Assembly: GCA_001822075.1 (NCBI GenBank)
Contig: MHPK01000002.1
Span: 11,872 to 75,871, forward strand
Source: Candidatus Staskawiczbacteria bacterium RIFOXYB1_FULL_38_37
GTDB taxonomy: Bacteria > Patescibacteriota > Minisyncoccia > Minisyncoccales > Staskawiczbacteraceae
Direction of reading: 5' to 3'
DNA length: 64,000 bases
How positions within the stretch are numbered: position 1 is the first letter of the stretch; each line of letters begins with the position of its first letter. This document shows, piece after piece, positions 16,384 through 22,754 of this stretch. Made by a program: the position numbers and the translations under genes. A model generated the notes under the pieces. That model worked only from the letters and a program-made list of their open reading frames with translations, ran no database searches and was not told where the DNA came from.

Positions 16384-16707
16384 ATGAGACTAAAAAGGGA
16401 ATTATTTAAAGACCCATCTTCGAAAAAATTATTTAAATTGACGATGGGGAAAACAGGCACTGATTCAGGAGCAATACCTCCTTCTATTGAATTAGAACTC
16501 GGTAGTTTAGAATTAGAAATGCCCATGAGTTCGAGACAGGGGTTATTAAGCTTTTTAACAAGATTTTCAGAAACACTATTTCTTGCATTAATTTTAGACA
16601 ACCTTCGCCACCAACATGGAAAACCCGTGAAAGGAATCCATCTGCTTCAGGAAGCTCTTGATAATCTTGATGAAAAGATAGGGAAAGAGTTTGACTCTCT
16701 TTCTTAA
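16384..16707 (+). CDS. Hypothetical protein
   Basis: 107 aa from the ATG at 16384 (AGGAG at 16372-16376). The track start at 16357 is a GTG with no RBS. Confidence 0.45.
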   Translation: MRLKRELFKDPSSKKLFKLTMGKTGTDSGAIPPSIELELGSLELEMPMSSRQGLLSFLTRFSETLFLALILDNLRHQHGKPVKGIHLLQEALDNLDEKIGKEFDSLS

Positions 16708-16719
16708 CAATTCATTTCT

Positions 16720-16749
16720 AAACCCCGAGATTGTTTCAAAGGGTTTTTT
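16720..16749 (+). terminator. Candidate intrinsic terminator
   Basis: aaaccc...gggttt stem with an inner gaga/tttc pairing, followed by T6 at 16744-16749. A second hairpin, cctcaacg/cgttgagg-like (16768-16791), follows. Confidence 0.45.
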
Positions 16750-16909
16750 GTTGCAGAAATTTTAACGCCTCAACGGGGTTCTCTCGTTGAGTTGTTTGGG
16801 GTTTATTCACAGGTGAAATTTTAAAATAATTGTGTTAAAATAATTGAAGTTTCCAGAATTGACTTTTGGCTATTTTTTTGTTGAACTTAAGATAAATTAA
16901 CAAAAAATA

Positions 16910-17572
16910 ATGGAAGAGAAATTCTTAAACCCCGTTAGAAAGCTCGAGCTTTCTAATCAAGATAGTGTTTTCAAAAATAATGAGAAAGAAACGCAGTCTA
17001 AGAACAGGCTTTCTAACGGGGTAAAATTAACTAATACAGTCTACAGCTTGCTGGCTTTTTTTCCAGAATCAGATCCCATAAAAAACAAAGCTAAAGACAA
17101 GGCTTTATCAATAATGGAAGGATTGACCTTGTTTGCAAGGTCGCAAATTAGCAAAGAAAAACAAGATATTCAAAGCCAGATTTTAGAAGATATTGCTGTA
17201 TTGCTGAACTATTTTAAAGTTGCCAAGTCTCAAGGCTGGATAAGCAATACTAATTATTTGATAGTTTCAAATGAATATGAAAAAATAGAAAAAGACATAG
17301 CCTTGTCAGCCAGTTTTCAGCAAAAGCAGAAAATAGCGCCAGAAGGCATACAAACCCCGATAGAATCCCGTCCGCCAAAAGTTTCGCGCAGGCAGAATAA
17401 GATACTTAAATTTTTAGAAGGAAACGAAACAGCCCAAGTTATGGATTTGCAAAAGGTTTTACCCAATATAACAAAGAGAACTATAAGAAGGGATTTAGAC
17501 GAGCTTTTGGAGTCGGGCAGGATAGTCAGAATGGGGGAATTTAACCAGGTTTTTTATAAGATAAATAGATAG
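16910..17572 (+). CDS. Putative transcriptional regulator: four-helix-bundle (23S rRNA IVS-protein-like) N-domain fused to a C-terminal DeoR-type HTH
   Basis: The C-terminus KILKFLEGNETAQVMDLQKVLPNITKRTIRRDLDELLESGRI matches the DeoR HTH pattern. The middle YSLLAFFPESD...ALSIMEGL...GWISNTNY...EYEKIEKDI resembles IVS-protein helices. Codons 7-38 are occupied by an inverted-repeat element. Confidence 0.5.
   Translation: MEEKFLNPVRKLELSNQDSVFKNNEKETQSKNRLSNGVKLTNTVYSLLAFFPESDPIKNKAKDKALSIMEGLTLFARSQISKEKQDIQSQILEDIAVLLNYFKVAKSQGWISNTNYLIVSNEYEKIEKDIALSASFQQKQKIAPEGIQTPIESRPPKVSRRQNKILKFLEGNETAQVMDLQKVLPNITKRTIRRDLDELLESGRIVRMGEFNQVFYKINR
16929..17022. repeat. Small inverted-repeat element, copy 1 (ACCCCGTTAGAAAGC ... 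GCTTTCTAACGGGGT)
   Basis: Perfect 15-bp terminal inverted repeat at 16929-16943 / 17008-17022. Inner palindrome ttagaaagctcgagctttctaa at 16935-16956. It shares the ACCCCGTTAGAA terminus with the element at 47967-48068. Confidence 0.7.
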
Positions 17573-17622
17573 GACAGATTTAGTTTGATAGGACATATTT
17601 TTAAGAATTATTATGTCCTATC
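17568..17622. promoter_or_regulatory. GATAGGACA motif triad (two direct copies, one inverted) upstream of the ECF sigma promoter
   Basis: gataggaca at 17568-17576, gataggacat at 17587-17596 and atgtcctatc at 17613-17622. The last two form a perfect 10-bp inverted repeat. Confidence 0.35.
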
Positions 17623-17639
17623 TAAAATAGGTCAAAATA

Positions 17640-17668
17640 TTGACTTTTACGATTATTTGTTATAATAT
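17640..17668 (+). promoter_or_regulatory. Candidate promoter of the ECF sigma gene
   Basis: TTGACT 17640-17645, 17 nt, TAATAT 17663-17668 (or TATAAT 17661-17666 with a 15-nt spacer). Confidence 0.4.
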
Positions 17669-17682
17669 ATAGATTAACACTA

Positions 17683-18201
17683 ATGGATAGCCCTAAAGAA
17701 CAATTTAGCCAGATTTACGACCAATATATTGACAAAATATACAGGTTTGTTTATTTGAAGGTAAATTCGCAGGAAATAGCCGAGGATATAACTTCTAATG
17801 TATTTATGAAGGGCTGGGAGGCATATCAGAATCAAATCCGAAATTCGAATATCGAAATTCGAAACATAGGGGCTTTTTTGTACCAAATAGCCAGGAATTC
17901 AGTTGTGGATTATTATAGGCAAAAAGGTAGGACAAACACTATATCTACTGACAGCATTCCGCAAATAGCAGATTCTGGGACAAGCGCCCATGACAAGGCC
18001 ATATTAAGCGCCGATGTAAGCGCAGTCAAAGAATCTATATATAAGCTTAAAAAAGACTATCAGGACATATTAATATGGCATTATTTAGATGATATGCCTA
18101 TTGGGGAAATAGCCAAAATTACAGGCAAAAAAGAAGGGGCTGTCAGGGTAATGCTTCACAGGGGACTAAAAGAGCTGAAAAGTCTTATAAAAGAAGCATA
18201 G
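17683..18201 (+). CDS. RNA polymerase sigma factor, ECF (sigma-70 group 4) family
   Basis: Region 2 IYRFVYLKVNSQEIAEDITSNVFMKGWE. Region 4 HTH MPIGEIAKITGKKEGAVRVMLHRGLKELK. Confidence 0.85.
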   Translation: MDSPKEQFSQIYDQYIDKIYRFVYLKVNSQEIAEDITSNVFMKGWEAYQNQIRNSNIEIRNIGAFLYQIARNSVVDYYRQKGRTNTISTDSIPQIADSGTSAHDKAILSADVSAVKESIYKLKKDYQDILIWHYLDDMPIGEIAKITGKKEGAVRVMLHRGLKELKSLIKEA

Positions 18202-18212
18202 GCACTTCGCTC

Positions 18213-18280
18213 GGCAACAAACTTTTTCTGCGGGGAGAGCCTCTCTGCGGGGCACCCTCTCCTCGAAAAAGTTTATTGCC
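18213..18280 (+). other. GC-rich extended stem-loop between the sigma and anti-sigma-like genes
   Basis: ggcaacaaactttttc (18213-18228) pairs with gaaaaagtttattgcc (18265-18280) at 15 of 16 positions. The interior holds the direct repeat tctgcgggg twice (18227-18235, 18244-18252) and a ggagag/ctctcc pairing. Confidence 0.5.
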
Positions 18281-18342
18281 TCGCTTCAAGGGCAAAAGCT
18301 TGTAACAAATTTTTAGGTTTTACGTCATAATTATACAGGGAT

Positions 18343-19107
18343 ATGACTGAAAAAGAACTCATCAACCAGCTAAAAGGACTCAAAGAAATTAAGCCCAGAA
18401 AAGAATGGGCTCTTTTGCTTAAATCCCAGATTTTTGAAGGGGCACAGCCCGCCTCCGCCGAGAGTTTAAGCATGGCAAGGAAATTGGAAAATTGGAAAAT
18501 TGGAAAATTAATTGAAAATTTAAAATTTAAAATTGAAAATTCCTTTTTTGAATTAAAAATTCAAAAAAGGCTGGCTTATGCTTTTGCAACCCTTGCCCTT
18601 TTGATAGCGGGCACATTTGGTTTTGCGCAATATACTATGCCCGGAGACCTTCTGTTTCCTATTAAAAAAATTGCAGAACAGACTCAGCAAGATGCTTTGC
18701 AGGTGGCATATAATAGGTCAGAAGATTTGGTGCAAATTGTAAAAGAAAATAAGACGCAGAATTTAGATTCCGCAATATCTGAATTTAAATCCAGCATGGT
18801 TGATGCGGCAAAAAAATTAACACAGGACTTAGCAAAAAACAGCGACAATGATTCAATAAAATTAGCCATAGCTGAAGTTAAAAAAATACAAGACAACCAA
18901 AAGCAGTTGGAAACCTTGGGCATAAATATAGGAGAGGCAAAAGATTTAGACAATGTTTTAGCCTTATTGGTTCAAGACCAAATAGAGTCTTTAGATGAGG
19001 CAACATTAACAGACAAACAGCAGGAAGAACTTTCAGATATTAAAGATTTGTATAGCCAAGAAAAGTATTCAGAGGCATTAGAGAAAATATTGCTAATAAA
19101 TAATTAA
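18343..19107 (+). CDS. Putative anti-sigma factor / single-pass membrane protein (DUF5667-like)
   Basis: Follows the ECF sigma gene. One TM helix (LAYAFATLALLIAGTFGFAQY) and a helical extracytoplasmic domain. Confidence 0.5.
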   Translation: MTEKELINQLKGLKEIKPRKEWALLLKSQIFEGAQPASAESLSMARKLENWKIGKLIENLKFKIENSFFELKIQKRLAYAFATLALLIAGTFGFAQYTMPGDLLFPIKKIAEQTQQDALQVAYNRSEDLVQIVKENKTQNLDSAISEFKSSMVDAAKKLTQDLAKNSDNDSIKLAIAEVKKIQDNQKQLETLGINIGEAKDLDNVLALLVQDQIESLDEATLTDKQQEELSDIKDLYSQEKYSEALEKILLINN

Positions 19108-19247
19108 ATTTAATATTGGATAAGTCGTTCGCCCAGTTATTTAATTGGGTAAAATTCGTGATTAGTACGTAAAATCACGAGTTATGAAGGTCGACCGATG
19201 GTAAATAAAATCGGATAATATAATTAAAAATAAAAAAACACACAAAA

Positions 19248-22200
19248 ATGAGTATAAAAAGAACAATTATCACAACCATCGTCGCTTTGGCTTTGGTTGC
19301 AATGATTGCTCCTGGCGTAGCTCAAGGCGTAACAATTGAAGAGCTTTTGGCGCAGATTGCCATTTTGCAACAGCAATTGTTAGTATTGCAAGGCGGAACA
19401 ACCGGCGGTACAACCGGCACAGTTCCTTCAGCCTGCGTTGGAGTTACATTTTCCCGCAATTTAGTTGTTGGTTCAACAGGTTCAGATGTAAAATGCTTAC
19501 AAGCAGTTTTGAATTTGTCAGCCACCACAAGAGTTGCAACAACAGGAGCAGGCTCACCTGGTAATGAAACCAGCTATTTTGGTCCTTTGACCTTAGCAGC
19601 TGTTAAAGTATATCAGGCAGAGCACGGATGGACACCTGCAAACCAGGTAGGTCCATTAACAAGGCAGGCATTAAATGCATACTTGGCAGGAGGCGTAGTA
19701 CCGCCTGGACCTGGCCCAATAATTCCGACAGGCGCAGGATTAACAGTAGCTTTGGCTTCAACAAATCCAGCAACCGGAACAATTGTTGACGGCCAGGCGC
19801 AGTTCCCATTGGCAAGATTAACCTTTACTAACGGCGACAACGCCGAAGTATCGGTTACAGGATTGAAATTAAAGAGAATCGGCGTTTCAGCTGATGCTTC
19901 TTTAGACGCAGTTTATTTGTTTAATGGAGCCACAAGGTTGACTGACGGCGCTTCGGTTTCATCTACAATAATCAGTTTCAACGATTCAACAGGATTATTT
20001 AAAGTTCCTGCAGGCGGCACAGTAATAATTACCGTTACAGCTGACGTTGATGGAACAGCAGGTGAAACAATGGGAGTGCAAGTTGTTGCAGCCACTGACG
20101 TTACAACAAATGCCAGTTCCGTAAACGGAACATTCCCGATGTCCGGAAATTTGCACACAATAGCCACTGGAACATTAGCCTCAGTAAGCTTTAACACAAC
20201 AACAACCCCTGCAGCAGCTTCAATTGACCCGCAGGATGGATACACTGTTTTCCAAAACAGCGTAACTGTGGGGACAAGAGCTGTTGATTTAGAAAGAGTC
20301 AGCTTTAGAAAAACAGGAAGCGTTGACAATGATGACTTGCAGAACTTAAAATTATATATTGACGGCGTGCAAGTCGGTTCAACGATGCAGTTAGACAGCA
20401 ATGGTTATGTAACCTTTGACTTGACTTCATCTCCAAAGAGATTAGAGGCAGGAACAAGGGTTATCAAAGTGTTGGCTGATATTATCGGAGGTTCCAGCTT
20501 GAATTTCACAATGCATGTGTGGAATATTGCCGACGCCACATTCGTTGACTCGCAATACAACGCAAATGTATTGATTCAGGCAAACAGCACAACCTTCTCA
20601 AAGAGGTCAACCGGAGAACAAACAGTTAACTCCGGAACTCTTACAATCACCAAGAAAACAGATTCTCCATCAGGAGATGTTGTTGATGGTGGAACAAATG
20701 TTACCTTGGCAAAATACGAAGTAAAGGCAGCTGGAGAAGCTGTTAAAATTGAAACTTTGAAAGTTTCAGTTGTTGTAAGCACTACTGCTGTTGGCTACTT
20801 AAGAAACGGTGCTTTGTATGCAAATGGAGTACAAATTGGAAGCACTTCTAACTTGTATGACACTACAAACACTTCACCTTACTACACATCATTCAGCTTA
20901 GGTTCATCTTTAATCGTTCAACCAGGCAGCCCCGTAACATTGGAAGTAAGAGCTGATATCTATGATAACGATGGTACAAACGACGTCACTTCTGGCACAA
21001 CAATTATCGCTAGAATTGAAGGCTCTTCTTCAGAAAATAATGCTATTGGACAGGTTTCAGCCACTACAATTGATGCTCCATCAGCTGATGTAGACGGCAA
21101 CACACTGACTGTTGCTCAGGGCACTTTGACATTGTCGCAATACACAGCTTACACAGCTCAGACAGCTGTTGCCCCATTAACTGCTTACAAGTTAGCTCAC
21201 TTTACTTTAACAGCTTCTACAACAGAAGATGTTAATGTAACAGCTATTAACGTAGCTTTGAATGCAGTTGCTTCTTCGTATTCCAGCAATCTATATGTAA
21301 AATACGAAAATGAGACAACAACTGTAAAACCAACAGTTGCAGCCACCAATGCTTGGTCAATCAACTACACATTGCCAGCTGGCAAAACTATTGACGTAAT
21401 GGTTTACGCGGATATTTCTTCTTCAGCAACGGCCGGAACAGCAATTGCCACAGTTGACTTAGACGGCACAACAGTTGGTTCTGCTGTAACATCCGATTCT
21501 TCAGAGGTTGCAGGACAAAATATTGTCTTTAGCTCGGGCTCGTTTACTGAAGCATTTGCCGGCACGCCTCAAGATCAGTTAGTTGCTGGCAATCAGCTAG
21601 TTGAAGCGGCAAGGTATAAGCTAACATCTTCATATCAGCAATACACTGTAACTGAAATGAGATTTTCGGTTACCTCAGACGCAGTAGCAGGCGCTATTGT
21701 ATCAGCTGTGTTGAAAGACGGTTCAACAGTATTAGCAACAAAGCCTTATGATTCAGCCAATGATTACTTTAATTTTACTGGCTTGAATATAGTGGTTCCA
21801 GCTTCTACGGTAAAGACCATAACATTAGCTTACAACTTGTCAATTCCTTCAGCTACAGCCGGAACTTCAGATGTTGACGTGGTGCCTACATTGACATACG
21901 TTAAGAGGCAAGATCCAAACGGAACAGTAACTGAGGATGACCCATTAACATACGCAGCTAACAGCACTTATGTTTACAGGTCTGCTCCTACTCTTACTCC
22001 GCTTTCTTTCACTGGCTCAACAATTGCCAATGGAGGAACGCAGGATTTGTATAAGTTTAAGGTAACAGCTTCTAATTCAGGAGATGTAAGCGTTAAGCAG
22101 TTCAAAGTTGGCGTAACTTGGACAGACACTGACAACGCCGACACCCTGAAACTGCACACCTTAAAACTTTTGAAAGACGGAGTAGATATTACTTCTTCTG

Positions 22201-22655
22201 TAACAATTCAGAACGAAGACGGCTATACAGCTGAAGGAACTTCTGGCGTAACAGATACTCCTGACGATACAATAATTGTGACATGGGATGGTTCAACTGA
22301 AGATGATATTCCATTTGGAACATCTACAACTTACACTTTAAGAGGAACCTTTGCAGGATTTGGAGTTGCTGATACCGCAGCAAACGCTCAAGACGCAGTT
22401 GCTTTGTCAATCACTACAGACTCTGTTAAAACAGCTACTCACGACTACCTGAACTTAGGCACAACAACGACCAGTATAGTGAAGTTGTATTCTTCAGCCA
22501 CAGCCGATGCTTCAGCTTCCAACCACAACTTTATCTGGTCTGACCAGTCAGCTGTTGCTCACACAGCCGCGACAAGTGGCGCTACGGCAACCAATGATTG
22601 GACAAACAGCTATCTGTTGCTTGAACCGTTGCACAGCCAGGCATTCTCTAGATAA
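19248..22655 (+). CDS. Giant cell-surface protein: signal/anchor sequence, coiled segment, PG_binding_1 domain, then about 950 aa of Thr/Ser/Ala/Val-rich beta-type repeats (S-layer-like)
   Basis: N-terminus MSIKRTIITTIVALALVAMIAPGVAQG. PG-binding pattern GSTGSDVKCLQAVLN...FGPLTLAAVKVYQAEHGW. Recurrent pattern of the type TL..V.A...G......V. Confidence 0.75.
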   Translation: MSIKRTIITTIVALALVAMIAPGVAQGVTIEELLAQIAILQQQLLVLQGGTTGGTTGTVPSACVGVTFSRNLVVGSTGSDVKCLQAVLNLSATTRVATTGAGSPGNETSYFGPLTLAAVKVYQAEHGWTPANQVGPLTRQALNAYLAGGVVPPGPGPIIPTGAGLTVALASTNPATGTIVDGQAQFPLARLTFTNGDNAEVSVTGLKLKRIGVSADASLDAVYLFNGATRLTDGASVSSTIISFNDSTGLFKVPAGGTVIITVTADVDGTAGETMGVQVVAATDVTTNASSVNGTFPMSGNLHTIATGTLASVSFNTTTTPAAASIDPQDGYTVFQNSVTVGTRAVDLERVSFRKTGSVDNDDLQNLKLYIDGVQVGSTMQLDSNGYVTFDLTSSPKRLEAGTRVIKVLADIIGGSSLNFTMHVWNIADATFVDSQYNANVLIQANSTTFSKRSTGEQTVNSGTLTITKKTDSPSGDVVDGGTNVTLAKYEVKAAGEAVKIETLKVSVVVSTTAVGYLRNGALYANGVQIGSTSNLYDTTNTSPYYTSFSLGSSLIVQPGSPVTLEVRADIYDNDGTNDVTSGTTIIARIEGSSSENNAIGQVSATTIDAPSADVDGNTLTVAQGTLTLSQYTAYTAQTAVAPLTAYKLAHFTLTASTTEDVNVTAINVALNAVASSYSSNLYVKYENETTTVKPTVAATNAWSINYTLPAGKTIDVMVYADISSSATAGTAIATVDLDGTTVGSAVTSDSSEVAGQNIVFSSGSFTEAFAGTPQDQLVAGNQLVEAARYKLTSSYQQYTVTEMRFSVTSDAVAGAIVSAVLKDGSTVLATKPYDSANDYFNFTGLNIVVPASTVKTITLAYNLSIPSATAGTSDVDVVPTLTYVKRQDPNGTVTEDDPLTYAANSTYVYRSAPTLTPLSFTGSTIANGGTQDLYKFKVTASNSGDVSVKQFKVGVTWTDTDNADTLKLHTLKLLKDGVDITSSVTIQNEDGYTAEGTSGVTDTPDDTIIVTWDGSTEDDIPFGTSTTYTLRGTFAGFGVADTAANAQDAVALSITTDSVKTATHDYLNLGTTTTSIVKLYSSATADASASNHNFIWSDQSAVAHTAATSGATATNDWTNSYLLLEPLHSQAFSR

Positions 22656-22710
22656 TTCTTAAATAAAACCCTTTGCCTTTCTTGTGGACTGGCTGAAAGG
22701 GATAAAAACA

Positions 22711-22745
22711 AAGACCCCGACTTTTCGTCGGGGCTTTGTTTTACA
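22711..22745. terminator. Bidirectional terminator between convergent genes
   Basis: ccccgac (22715-22721) - ttttc - gtcgggg (22727-22733), flanked by A-rich sequence 5' and T-rich sequence 3'. Confidence 0.75.
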
Positions 22746-22754
22746 GATTAATAC

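Noticed and set aside
18479-18540. GGAAAATT-type 8-bp periodic low-complexity tract in the anti-sigma-like gene as a phase-variation switch
   Set aside because: There are only about three imperfect units followed by related but different repeats. This is too short and irregular for efficient slipped-strand mispairing. It encodes KLENWKIGKLIENLKFKIEN.
19913-20401. 162-aa minus-strand ORF, plus other antisense ORFs within the surface-protein gene
   Set aside because: They are shadow frames of a compositionally biased (ACN/GCN/GTN-rich) gene. The plus frame is continuous for 1135 codons with signal and PG-binding motifs.
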